Assembly (NCBI GenBank): GCA_017935505.1
Contig: JAGBHM010000027.1
Location: forward strand, 537-64,536
Reading direction: 5' to 3'
Length of the DNA: 64,000 nt
Source of the DNA: Bacteroidales bacterium
GTDB taxonomy: Bacteria > Bacteroidota > Bacteroidia > Bacteroidales > UBA932
A program made the translations under genes and the position numbers. The notes beneath the pieces were generated by a model. The model was not told the DNA's origin. It was given only the letters and a program-made list of their open reading frames with translations, and did not search any database. This document shows positions 15,413-24,412 of this stretch, piece after piece. The first letter of the stretch is position 1, and each line of letters starts with the position of its first letter.

Positions 15413-18016
15413 TCAATCTTCAGCATCGACTAATACCGGTATGTAGAAGTTGTCAACTTTGATCTGGATATTTGAAGAATCATCACCACCTCCATCAACT
15501 CTGATGTAGACTTTGTTGTTAGGGTTCTTTACAAGATTCAGGAATGGACAATCCATGAAGAAACGTGTTACATCAAACAGACTATGCTCTTGTCTGTATA
15601 TTGTTCCTGAAGTCTCATAGCTGCAGTTGTATGTGGTTGTATCAATGACAGTGGTGCCGCCATCAGGGTTTGTAACCTCTATAGGGTAGTGAAGCATCAT
15701 TAATGTTCTGTTGCCACCCAAACCATCCTCTCCAACTGTCAGTTGCACAACAACAGCAACATTTCCATTTTCCAGATTTACAAGTTCAAACCTTACCTTC
15801 CAGCCTGTTGCCTTGTTTTTGCCGGAATCTACCTCACGGTCCGAATTCAAGCTTTTTACACATTCGCTGTTTCCAGTGACATTGATGCCGCCAGGAAGAG
15901 ATATTATGCTCTGTTTGGTAGGTGTAAGTTTCTTGCCCTTGCTGTCGATATATCTGGTCCATTCCTGACGGAGTTTTTCTGCAGTAACTTTGCATCCTGC
16001 CGGTACAAACTCATAAATAGGAACGAGCCTTCCAGGAATGAAGTCACACCATTGGTGATTTATGAGAGGATCGTTAGATCTTGGATCTGCAGAGATTTCC
16101 CAAGCAGGTATTTTGTCAAGTTCACCGTTTCTGATAGCGGCACTCAAGGCCCAATCGCCACCATAAGCAATACCATTGGATTCTGTTGTTGTATTTTCGA
16201 ATGAGTTGCTGGTGGTTTCAGATTCACTGTAACTTGTTTCAGCACTTGCTCCCCATCCGGATAGTTTTGAGCCAGAGCCAGAAGATTTTGAACCGGAACC
16301 AGAAGATTTTGAATCATTTTTGGAAGCCTCTTTTGCTTTATTCTGTACATCAAGTTCATACTTGTATGCACTCATCAGCTCTTTGAACTCTGCATCAGAT
16401 AGTTTCTCAACTCCACCAAGTTCATCTACCAATTTGGCTATAGCAGATTTTTTGTTTTCCTCTTTTTTCTCCCCTTTTGTTCCACCGGTAGAATTATATC
16501 CGATAGATGTGGTATTTTCAAATGTGCGGGCAGTTGTGATGTTGCTTACACTTTTGATATAGCTCATATTGTAAGAGGCGCTGGCGCCGTACACTGCACC
16601 CAATATAATGTGTGTGCCGTAATTCTCAATAATGGCAGTAGGATCACTTGAATTGAGATCATTCAGGAATGTCGGACTCAATAGTTCGGTGTTCAAGTTG
16701 TTCTTGTAGTCCAGCAACAGGTCATACTCCTTGTTTTTAAGCATAGAGGTCATTTTTACGAACCTCCTGTTTTCAGACATGCTCTTTTCTGTAGATGAAG
16801 TAGTTTTGGTATCACTTGAAAAAGCAGCACCGAATCCGGAGAATGAAACTTTTACATTCAGACTTGTTTCAAGTTTTGAACTGAACTCCTTCAATGATTC
16901 GCCTGTAATGGATGATCTTTGAATGAATGGCCTTTGTTTGGTAACTTTCAGCAGCTGGAGATTATTGATCTTGTTGAGATCCAGCACTGAGTGTTTGACA
17001 GATGAAGTATCTGTATAACCGCCTGTAATGTCATAACCTTTGCCTACAACTTCTTTGATTGAGTCCAAGGTCTCAGTTGACTGAACATCATAATGGCCTG
17101 GAGTTGTGGTAACTCTAGGCTTGTTCATTGTTGTGATCTCTTCTGAATACTCACTCCAGGTCTTGGTTACAACTTTAAAGTAGAAATTGAAGCATCCTGT
17201 TATGGCCAGGTTGTTTGTACCATACAATTCATTGCCGTCGGCATTGGCCTGCACTCTGATATCCTGTATTGCCAGCCAATCCTGATGTGTATTGTCTTTA
17301 GGGTAATCAAGTGGAGATAGATTCTGGAATCCGTTTCCGCCATGATAATTGCTCTTATATATGGCAGTCTCATATTTATTGTTATTGGTTGGTGCAAAAG
17401 GAGTGGCGCTTACCTCCACATATTTATATCCACTATATGTGTTGTCTTTATTTTTAGTGCCAATGCCTTCGATGGTTCTGCCTTTTCCCACAAATACGGA
17501 GTGCTGTATCTGTTTTGTCAAACTGAGGGAATCGCGGTTCTTTTTAGAAGAATAATCTTTTTCCCACACTGCCAGTCTGATGGTGACCTTTACAGTTGCG
17601 TATCCTGTTGCAGAATTATAGGCAACACTGTTAGGAGTGGCGGTAACTTTTATAATTCTGGTACCATCGTCACCAATGTTGCCATCACCGTAGCCAGCAG
17701 GTCTTTCATTAATGACCTTAGCTCCGTCTTTATTGCCGTAAATAGTGAAAATGCGGGATATTTTTTCTATTTTGGTTGTAACTTTAGGGTCGGTTTTTAC
17801 AACAGTCTTGGTAACTGTTGGCCTGGCAGATGTGCTTGCTGATGGTCTGGCCGGTCTGGTAGAAGTGCTTGCTGATGGTCTGGCAGGTCTGGTAGAACTG
17901 CTTACAGATGGCCTAGGCCTCTGATTGGTGATATATTGATTTTTGCCAACTGGTTTTGAAATTCGTCCTCCGCTTCGCAAGGTGGTAGCGGCTTTTTTAG
18001 GATCTGATGTAGCCAT
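15413..18016 (-). CDS. MACPF-domain protein (867 aa), no signal peptide, repeat-rich N-terminus
   Basis: MACPF-signature-like ENYGTHIILGAVYGA (Y-G-T-H-x7-G). It is preceded by amphipathic Ser/Thr-rich stretches (LNVKVSFSGFGAAFSSDTKTTSS). The N-terminus MATSDPKKAATTLRSGG is followed by STRPARPSAST repeats. Confidence 0.75.
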   Translation of the reverse strand: MATSDPKKAATTLRSGGRISKPVGKNQYITNQRPRPSVSSSTRPARPSASTSTRPARPSASTSARPTVTKTVVKTDPKVTTKIEKISRIFTIYGNKDGAKVINERPAGYGDGNIGDDGTRIIKVTATPNSVAYNSATGYATVKVTIRLAVWEKDYSSKKNRDSLSLTKQIQHSVFVGKGRTIEGIGTKNKDNTYSGYKYVEVSATPFAPTNNNKYETAIYKSNYHGGNGFQNLSPLDYPKDNTHQDWLAIQDIRVQANADGNELYGTNNLAITGCFNFYFKVVTKTWSEYSEEITTMNKPRVTTTPGHYDVQSTETLDSIKEVVGKGYDITGGYTDTSSVKHSVLDLNKINNLQLLKVTKQRPFIQRSSITGESLKEFSSKLETSLNVKVSFSGFGAAFSSDTKTTSSTEKSMSENRRFVKMTSMLKNKEYDLLLDYKNNLNTELLSPTFLNDLNSSDPTAIIENYGTHIILGAVYGASASYNMSYIKSVSNITTARTFENTTSIGYNSTGGTKGEKKEENKKSAIAKLVDELGGVEKLSDAEFKELMSAYKYELDVQNKAKEASKNDSKSSGSGSKSSGSGSKLSGWGASAETSYSESETTSNSFENTTTESNGIAYGGDWALSAAIRNGELDKIPAWEISADPRSNDPLINHQWCDFIPGRLVPIYEFVPAGCKVTAEKLRQEWTRYIDSKGKKLTPTKQSIISLPGGINVTGNSECVKSLNSDREVDSGKNKATGWKVRFELVNLENGNVAVVVQLTVGEDGLGGNRTLMMLHYPIEVTNPDGGTTVIDTTTYNCSYETSGTIYRQEHSLFDVTRFFMDCPFLNLVKNPNNKVYIRVDGGGDDSSNIQIKVDNFYIPVLVDAED
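16265..16315 (-). repeat. 21-bp in-frame tandem repeat (about 2.4 units) inside the MACPF gene
   Basis: Units run 16265-16285 and 16286-16306, with a partial third. They encode SGSGSKS repeats. Confidence 0.7.
17829..17927 (-). repeat. 33-bp in-frame tandem repeat (3 units, the third degenerate) inside the MACPF gene
   Basis: Units run 17829-17861, 17862-17894 and 17895-17927. They encode STRPARPSAST repeats. Confidence 0.75.
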
Positions 18017-18038
18017 AATATTATTTTTTGGTGAATAT

Positions 18039-18154
18039 ATTAGAGTTAAAGCATCGCGCTCTCTACAAATTTAGCCTATATGGGATGTGATTATTTCGGA
18101 TAATTGGCTGATTTGGATAAATCTAAGTATATTTACTTATGCTTTAAGTGTAAT
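18039..18154. repeat. 16-bp imperfect inverted repeats flanking an 84-bp segment that carries the MACPF -7 box
   Basis: ATTAGAGTTAAAGCAT (18039-18054) versus ATGCTTTAAGTGTAAT (18139-18154), 14/16 complementary. TTAGAGTTAA recurs as a direct repeat at 18157-18166. Confidence 0.4.
18066..18073 (-). promoter_or_regulatory. Candidate -7 box TAaaTTTG for the MACPF gene
   Basis: The reverse complement of CAAATTTA is TAAATTTG, 49 nt upstream of the ATG at 18016. Confidence 0.4.
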
Positions 18155-18195
18155 TTTTAGAGTTAATTATAAAACTTTGCAAATAAAAATCGATT

Positions 18196-19707
18196 ATGAG
18201 CAAACTCGTTGCACTGCTACTATTATCGTTTATAGAACTCCCTCAGGAGTTGTATCTGCAAAACTGTCCAAAAGATGTTGTGGATTCGGTTTATATGGAG
18301 TGTGGAATTCAGGCAGAAGCGGAGTATGACTCTGATTCTCAGCCGGGAACTGATTATCTTATGGCAGATTGGGCATTTGGGGAAAATCTGCTCGATCTTT
18401 CCGAATATTGCATCAACAGGGCATTGTCCGGTGAATTTTATGATGAAAACCTCAAAGCAGATTGTTTGAGCTTGGCTGTGAGTATATTCAGACTTAAAGG
18501 AGAATTTACCAGGGCAATCGGATGTGCTGAGGAGTGCCTGCTCATAGACAGAAGTCAAGGAAATCCTGAGAACATAAGTTCTTCGCTTAACAATATTGCA
18601 GGCTTATATCTGATGTCAGGAAATCCTCAGGCGGCAAAGAAATATATTGATGAAGCACTGGATATTGAGAGAGGGCTCAAGAGAAGCTCTTATCTGGCAA
18701 TCCGGTATGGGGTAGCCTCTGAGATATATTTGAAATTGGGCGAGTTGGAGAAGGCATTGTCATATGCAGATGAAGCATTCTCTTTGGATAGCCTCAATAA
18801 CAATACAGTTAAAATGGCTGTTCGGAGAAGCCAGAAGGCTGCAGTTCTGATGGAGATGGGAAAGGATAGAGCTGCTGAATTTGAATTGGAGAAGGCTTTG
18901 CCCGTTTTTTTGGAAAAGAACAATCAGAACTCATCATCAATAACATATGTACAGCTTGGTGAGATTGCTGCAAGAAACAATAATTATAATGAGGCAGAAC
19001 ATTCGTTTAATGAGGCAATAAAGATATGCAAGAGTATAAATCATATCTATATGGAGTCCAGGGCCAGAAAAGGGTTGTATAATTTGTACAAGGGTACAGA
19101 TAATGCCGAAGCATTGCACCAGCTTGAGGAATATGTGGAGCTCCAGAAAATTATGCATGATGAGAAGTCTACAGAACTATTGCAGTCATTTTCAGTTAAA
19201 TATGATGTATTGAAAAAAGAGCAGTCAATAGCTATGCAAAAGGGAAAGATAAGATGGCAGAATACAATGTTGTCGATATTGATTGTTTTATTAATACTTA
19301 TATCTGCACTTTTATATATGAGCAGGAAAGCAATAAAGGTTACAAAGCAGAAAAATGCAATTTTGGCGAAGGCAAATCTCGATAAGGACAGACTTTTTGC
19401 TATAGCGCAGTCGAATATCCCCAAGGAGGTGAAGGATGAGATCCTTTCAATAACAGGCAGTCCGATCGAAGTGCCTAAGGTGAAGATGACACCTAGAGAG
19501 CAGGAGATTGCAGGATTGTGTGCAAAGGGGTTGCTCAATAAAGAGATTGCAGAAAAACTTAATATCTCACAGCGTACAGTGGAGGTTCACAAGAACAATA
19601 TCTTTAAAAAACTGGGGATAAACAATACTGTAGAACTTGTAAGATATATGCAGATAATAATGCGCGAGGGCTCCAACTTGGACGAAAAAAATCCTGACAA
19701 CGCATAA
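18196..19707 (+). CDS. TPR-repeat / transmembrane / LuxR-type HTH transcriptional regulator
   Basis: C-terminal GerE/LuxR HTH (LNKEIAEKLNISQRTVEVHKNNIFKKLGI), one TM helix (MLSILIVLLILISALLYM) and a TPR-like N-terminal half. Confidence 0.8.
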   Translation: MSKLVALLLLSFIELPQELYLQNCPKDVVDSVYMECGIQAEAEYDSDSQPGTDYLMADWAFGENLLDLSEYCINRALSGEFYDENLKADCLSLAVSIFRLKGEFTRAIGCAEECLLIDRSQGNPENISSSLNNIAGLYLMSGNPQAAKKYIDEALDIERGLKRSSYLAIRYGVASEIYLKLGELEKALSYADEAFSLDSLNNNTVKMAVRRSQKAAVLMEMGKDRAAEFELEKALPVFLEKNNQNSSSITYVQLGEIAARNNNYNEAEHSFNEAIKICKSINHIYMESRARKGLYNLYKGTDNAEALHQLEEYVELQKIMHDEKSTELLQSFSVKYDVLKKEQSIAMQKGKIRWQNTMLSILIVLLILISALLYMSRKAIKVTKQKNAILAKANLDKDRLFAIAQSNIPKEVKDEILSITGSPIEVPKVKMTPREQEIAGLCAKGLLNKEIAEKLNISQRTVEVHKNNIFKKLGINNTVELVRYMQIIMREGSNLDEKNPDNA

Positions 19708-19791
19708 TGTCGTATAGCGCTTCGGGGCTTTTGCACATTTATCATAAAATCTTACCTTTGTATAAAAGGGTTAATACAAATTGAGAGAGCA

Positions 19792-20589
19792 ATGAGGAAA
19801 CTTGTAAAGATAATGGCAGCAGTGGCAGTGGTTGCATTGCTGGCCGCATCCTGCGGAGTGGTGTCGTTTACTGGCCGCAAACAGATGCTTCTTTTTTCAG
19901 ACAGTGAAATCATGGCATTGTCGGACCAGTCATACTCGGAGTTTGCCAAAACAGCACCGGTGTCGTCGGATGCCGCTGCAACCAGAATGCTTAAAGGTGT
20001 GGGAGAGAAGATGGTGTATGCGCTTGAATCGTATCTGAAGAGCCATGGCCAGAGCAGTGCCCTCAGCGGACTCAAATGGGAGTTTATGCTGGTTAACTCT
20101 TCTGAAGTGAATGCTTTCTGTATGCCGTCGGGAAAGATTGTATTTTATGAAGGCATATTGAAATATGCCGATACGCCAGATTATATTGCAGTTGTGATGG
20201 GCCATGAGATGGCGCATGCCATTGCCAAACATGGAAATGAGAGAATGAGCCAGCAATCTGTAATGAACCTTTTGGGAAGTGCTGCAAGTGAGGTGATTGG
20301 GGCAAAGAAGGGTGCTGCTGCACAGAGCCTCTTCAACCTTGGATTTGGAATCGGTTCACAGGCGGGGGTGCTGTTGCCATATTCGCGAAAACATGAATAT
20401 GAGGCAGACAAGATTGGCATGTATATAATGGATATTGCAGGATATGATGTGAATGCCGCTCCTGCTTTTTGGGAAAAGATGATTGAGGGGAAAACTTCTG
20501 CCAAAAGTGATTTCTTCAGCACTCATCCGAGTGATGAAAAGAGGATAGCAGCCCTTAAGGAGGCAATAAAGACGAAACCGGAGCTGTAG
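19792..20589 (+). CDS. M48 family metallopeptidase (lipoprotein)
   Basis: HEMAHAIAKH (HExxH) plus a downstream EYEADKIG. Lipobox-like LLAASC. Confidence 0.85.
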   Translation: MRKLVKIMAAVAVVALLAASCGVVSFTGRKQMLLFSDSEIMALSDQSYSEFAKTAPVSSDAAATRMLKGVGEKMVYALESYLKSHGQSSALSGLKWEFMLVNSSEVNAFCMPSGKIVFYEGILKYADTPDYIAVVMGHEMAHAIAKHGNERMSQQSVMNLLGSAASEVIGAKKGAAAQSLFNLGFGIGSQAGVLLPYSRKHEYEADKIGMYIMDIAGYDVNAAPAFWEKMIEGKTSAKSDFFSTHPSDEKRIAALKEAIKTKPEL

Positions 20590-20603
20590 GATTATTACAA
20601 AAA

Positions 20604-20638
20604 AGAGGGCTGGCTAAAGTGTTTTTAGTCGGCCCTCT
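20604..20638. terminator. Bidirectional terminator hairpin (15-bp stem)
   Basis: AGAGGGCTGGCTAAA (20604-20618) pairs with TTTAGTCGGCCCTCT (20624-20638), including two G.U pairs. It lies between convergent genes. Confidence 0.65.
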
Positions 20639-20662
20639 ATGCATTTTATTGATGGATGTAAA

Positions 20663-20995
20663 TTATTCAGTAACCTCCACAACCTCAGCCTCAGGAGCAT
20701 TTCTCATAACAGAAGCAATGCCGTTATCTCTTGTCTTCTCTGAAGCATACATCTGGCTTGATCCGATAACCTGACCGTTTGTAGCTTTAAGGTTGAAGTG
20801 GAATTTGCCGTTAGCAGCAGTTTTTTTCTCATATCTTGCCTCTACAGGTCCGTTTTTCTTTACAGACTCAATACCGTTTAGACATGCGGCTTTTGTAGTA
20901 TAACCTTCGCTGGTGAGAATAACCTGACCGTTGGTAGCTTTAAGATTGAACTGGAACTCGCCATTCTTTCTTGTTGAAATTACAAATTTTCCCAT
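20663..20995 (-). CDS. YegP family protein (tandem DUF1508)
   Basis: Two internal repeats F.FNLKATNGQVI..S..Y......NGI.SV..N. Confidence 0.85.
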   Translation of the reverse strand: MGKFVISTRKNGEFQFNLKATNGQVILTSEGYTTKAACLNGIESVKKNGPVEARYEKKTAANGKFHFNLKATNGQVIGSSQMYASEKTRDNGIASVMRNAPEAEVVEVTE

Positions 20996-21092
20996 AGTTT
21001 CTATATTAATATGTGTGTTTTGATAATTTTTCTGTAAAGTTAGTATAATTCAATTAAATATGAAAAGCATAACAGCAAAATAAATTATACTT

Positions 21093-22229
21093 TCACTCAC
21101 CCATAACTCCCTCCCACGCTGCCTTGCGGAGTGTGAAAGCTGAGTCATCCTGATCGTTTTCCCAATACATCAGCCCATAAAAACCCCTCTCCAATGCCCA
21201 TTTGGCCTTGTATTCGATGCTTCGTGGATTATCGTAGTAGCAATATTTTGTTCCGTTTTTTGTAACGTAGGGAACATTTGCGGAGGCATCCCAGTTTTCT
21301 ATTGTGTAACCGGCTCCGAGAGCTTTGATTGTCTTGTAAGTTATGGCTCCTGGGCTTGAAGAATGGGAAACTCTGCCGTAAAACGGTATGCCGAGTACGA
21401 GTTTTGAAGGTGTGGCTCCGGCATTCATGTATGCCCTGTATGTCCTGACAATATCCCAGTATGCGCTTGGACAATTTACAGCATTGTGCGGTGTGCTTCC
21501 CGAATCCATTTCGTAGGTCATCAGGTTTACAAAGTCAACTATAGGGTCGAGGGCCTTTATGTCGATATATCTAAAACCTCCTGAAACGCGCTGTTTGTCG
21601 GAGACATATCCGGCATATGTGAGGAGATAATCGCTGCCAAGTGTCTCTCTTAGCTGCTTCATCATCAGAACATGGTTATCTGTATCGTGAGCCAGATCAA
21701 CAGCCTGCCCGCTCCAGTCAAGCCCCGGGAACTCCCAGTCCATATCAATGCCGTCTATACCGTATTCCTTGCAGAATTCAAGGCAGTCCTGGGCAAAGGC
21801 CTTCCTGTTCTCTTCACTTGCTGCAAGAACGGAGAACCCCTCACCCGGCACATTGTCTGAATTTCCTACCGAGTTGGAGAACGAGAGAAGCACTTTGAGT
21901 TTGGGATTTCTCTTTTTGAGGGCTACAACGCTGTCGAAACGTGATTGTGACCCCTTCAATTTGAATTTAAGATACTTGCCACCTCTTACATATATCTCTG
22001 CAAATGCATAATTTATATGTGTACATAGCTCCGGCCTGGGGAGTGTTGTACCGTAATAGGTAACATAAGCCACCACAGCCCTTCCATCCACTGCTGCTGA
22101 GGGGACATAGGGCTCTTGAGGCCCGTTGGTCTCTCCAAGATGGGAATCTTTGGAACATCCGGCCAGCAGCAAGAAGATCAGAGCAATGAGAATCTCCTTC
22201 AGTTTAAGACAGATTGTCTCGCTATTCAT
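21093..22229 (-). CDS. Glycoside hydrolase family 18 (chitinase / endo-beta-N-acetylglucosaminidase-like) lipoprotein
   Basis: Catalytic DxxDxDxE motif GIDGIDMDWEFP. Lipobox LLLAGCS. Confidence 0.85.
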   Translation of the reverse strand: MNSETICLKLKEILIALIFLLLAGCSKDSHLGETNGPQEPYVPSAAVDGRAVVAYVTYYGTTLPRPELCTHINYAFAEIYVRGGKYLKFKLKGSQSRFDSVVALKKRNPKLKVLLSFSNSVGNSDNVPGEGFSVLAASEENRKAFAQDCLEFCKEYGIDGIDMDWEFPGLDWSGQAVDLAHDTDNHVLMMKQLRETLGSDYLLTYAGYVSDKQRVSGGFRYIDIKALDPIVDFVNLMTYEMDSGSTPHNAVNCPSAYWDIVRTYRAYMNAGATPSKLVLGIPFYGRVSHSSSPGAITYKTIKALGAGYTIENWDASANVPYVTKNGTKYCYYDNPRSIEYKAKWALERGFYGLMYWENDQDDSAFTLRKAAWEGVMGE

Positions 22230-22822
22230 TATTGTTTTGCAAGTTCAAAACCGAGGGAGAGTCCGTCATATTTATCTGCCAAAGAGCTCAGAACTCCGGC
22301 ATATTGGGTAATGTTTCCTGCAATGCCTGTGATGGCCTTTATTGCGGTGAGCAGTTTGTCGGCTTTAAATGTAAGTGCCATTGAAGAGCCTGTAACTGAG
22401 ACTTTTGCTGTAAATTTCACTCCGAGCCTTGTTTTGAAGGTAATGGTTTTGTCTTCAGAGTTGAATGTGTAGGTTCCTTTACCTTTGATTTTGCCCATAG
22501 CGGTTGTATATGTGCCGTCCTCTGCAAAAGTGAAGATACATTTGTCGAATCCCAGTTTGTCATAAATTTTTGTAAGTGAGCCCTCTACTGTTGTAGCCAT
22601 TATAGAACCTCCTGCACTCGACAGAATATTTGCATCATCATTCTCCAGTTTGCATGCGGGCGATTTGTATGCCCATGTGCCGATAACAGAAAATTCTGTG
22701 GTGAGCTTGTCACCTACAACGTTTTTTGCAATTCCTGAAAGAATTGATTTAATGTCTTGTGCTTGAACTGAAACGGATAACGAACATATCCATAGCAGTG
22801 ATAGAACCAATATTTTTTTCAT
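22229..22822 (-). CDS. Secreted lipocalin-like protein (DUF4923-like, recalled from memory)
   Basis: Signal peptide, then IGTWAYKSPACKLE... typical of this Bacteroidetes family. The family name is unverified. Confidence 0.6.
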   Translation of the reverse strand: MKKILVLSLLWICSLSVSVQAQDIKSILSGIAKNVVGDKLTTEFSVIGTWAYKSPACKLENDDANILSSAGGSIMATTVEGSLTKIYDKLGFDKCIFTFAEDGTYTTAMGKIKGKGTYTFNSEDKTITFKTRLGVKFTAKVSVTGSSMALTFKADKLLTAIKAITGIAGNITQYAGVLSSLADKYDGLSLGFELAKQ

Positions 22823-22888
22823 TATAATGAGTATTTAAAAACATCGTAAAAATAGTAATTTTTTGATATCAATACACCATTTCTGTTA

Positions 22889-22896
22889 TATCTTTG
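22889..22896 (+). promoter_or_regulatory. Candidate -7 box TAtcTTTG
   Basis: Exact TAnnTTTG match 53 nt upstream of the 22949 ATG. Confidence 0.4.
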
Positions 22897-22948
22897 TCTT
22901 GGGAATACCCCGAGCGAATTATTAATTTAACAACATAATATCCTAACT

Positions 22949-24370
22949 ATGTCTGGCTTTTTTGGATGTGTATCACGCAACGAGTGTGTGAATGATGTAT
23001 TTTACGGAACAGATTATCATTCCCATCTGGGCACAAAACGTGCCGGTATGGCATTCTACAACAATAATAGATTCATCCGTTCAATCCACTCTCTGGAAGA
23101 TGGCTATTTCAGAAACAAATTTGAAGATGAACTCCCTAAATTCGGAGAGGCACAAATGGGTGTGGGCGTAATATCAGATTGTGAGTCACAGCCTATTACA
23201 ATTACCTCACATCTCGGCAGATATGCTGTTGTAACGGTGGCCAGAATAGACAATATCGATGAGCTTGCAAATGAATTGCTCGACAAGAAAATGCACTTTG
23301 CAGAGCTGTCGGGTTCTGATATAAATGCTACAGAACTTGTTGCCATGCTTATAGGAATGGGCAATTCCATAAGGGACGGCATAGAGCTGGTGCAGAAGAA
23401 GGTGAAGGGCTCATGTTCACTGCTCGTGCTTACCGACCATGCAATATATGCTGCAAGAGACAAGTTCGGAAGAACTCCTATAACCATAGGTAAAAATGAC
23501 AAGGGATATGTCTGTGCGAGCGAGAGTTCGAGTTTTGCCAATTTGGGATATGATTATGTGAGGGATCTCGGTCCGGGAGAGATTGTACAGATGAGTGCTG
23601 ATGGTGTAAGAGAGGTTGCTCCAGCAGGATGCCGCAAACAGGTCTGTTCATTCCTATGGGTCTACTACGGCTACCCTTCGGCATGGTATGAGGGTATAAA
23701 TGTTGAGGATTCGAGATACAACAGCGGTGCTGCGATGGCAAGGAGAGATGTTGATCTGGAGGCCGATTTTGCCGCAGGAATTCCTGATTCGGGTGTCGGA
23801 CATGCCATCGGTTATTCAAATGAGAAGAGAATACCATATAAGAGACCTTTTGTTAAATATACCCCTACATGGCCGAGAAGCTTTATGCCGCAGAACCAGA
23901 AGATGAGAGATCTTGTTGCCAAAATGAAGCTGCTTCCTAATGAGAAGTTTACTAAGGATCAGAAAATCGTTTTCATGGATGATTCCATTGTTAGAGGAAC
24001 ACAGTTGAAAGATAATGTAGTAAAATTGTTGGATGCCGGTGTGAAGGAGATTCACATGAGGATTGCATGTCCGCCTCTGATTTTCCCTTGTAAATTTTTG
24101 AATTTTTCAACCTCGCGCAGTACATACGATTTATATGCCAGAAGGGTTATTAGAGATATGGAGGGCAAGGATAACCTTACAGATGAGATGTGCGCTGAGT
24201 ATGCAAATCCCGACAGTCCTAAACATAAGGAGATGGTTGATATAATGCGTAAGCATCTGCAGCTGACATCACTCAAGTTCCAGAGACTTGATGATTTGGT
24301 TGAGGCTATTGGGCTTCCTAAATGTGATTTATGTACACATTGCTGGGATAACAGCAGCTATATGGAGTAA
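22949..24370 (+). CDS. Amidophosphoribosyltransferase-like protein (class-II glutamine amidotransferase + PRTase)
   Basis: N-terminal GATase-II-like region, and the PRPP-binding motif IVFMDDSIVRGTQ. Confidence 0.75.
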   Translation: MSGFFGCVSRNECVNDVFYGTDYHSHLGTKRAGMAFYNNNRFIRSIHSLEDGYFRNKFEDELPKFGEAQMGVGVISDCESQPITITSHLGRYAVVTVARIDNIDELANELLDKKMHFAELSGSDINATELVAMLIGMGNSIRDGIELVQKKVKGSCSLLVLTDHAIYAARDKFGRTPITIGKNDKGYVCASESSSFANLGYDYVRDLGPGEIVQMSADGVREVAPAGCRKQVCSFLWVYYGYPSAWYEGINVEDSRYNSGAAMARRDVDLEADFAAGIPDSGVGHAIGYSNEKRIPYKRPFVKYTPTWPRSFMPQNQKMRDLVAKMKLLPNEKFTKDQKIVFMDDSIVRGTQLKDNVVKLLDAGVKEIHMRIACPPLIFPCKFLNFSTSRSTYDLYARRVIRDMEGKDNLTDEMCAEYANPDSPKHKEMVDIMRKHLQLTSLKFQRLDDLVEAIGLPKCDLCTHCWDNSSYME

Positions 24371-24412
24371 TCCTGGCAGACTCTGGCAAAACAGAGAAAA
24401 GCTGTTTGCTCA

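Noticed and set aside
17342-17842. 166-aa plus-strand ORF, and several 60-150-aa ORFs between 15711 and 17555.
   Set aside because: All are antisense shadows inside the MACPF gene, partly created by its in-frame repeats.
16265-17927. Tandem repeats considered as a possible CRISPR array or minisatellite.
   Set aside because: The units are directly adjacent with no spacers, they are in frame, and they lie inside a long ORF. They are coding repeats. No CRISPR-like repeat-spacer structure was seen anywhere in the window.
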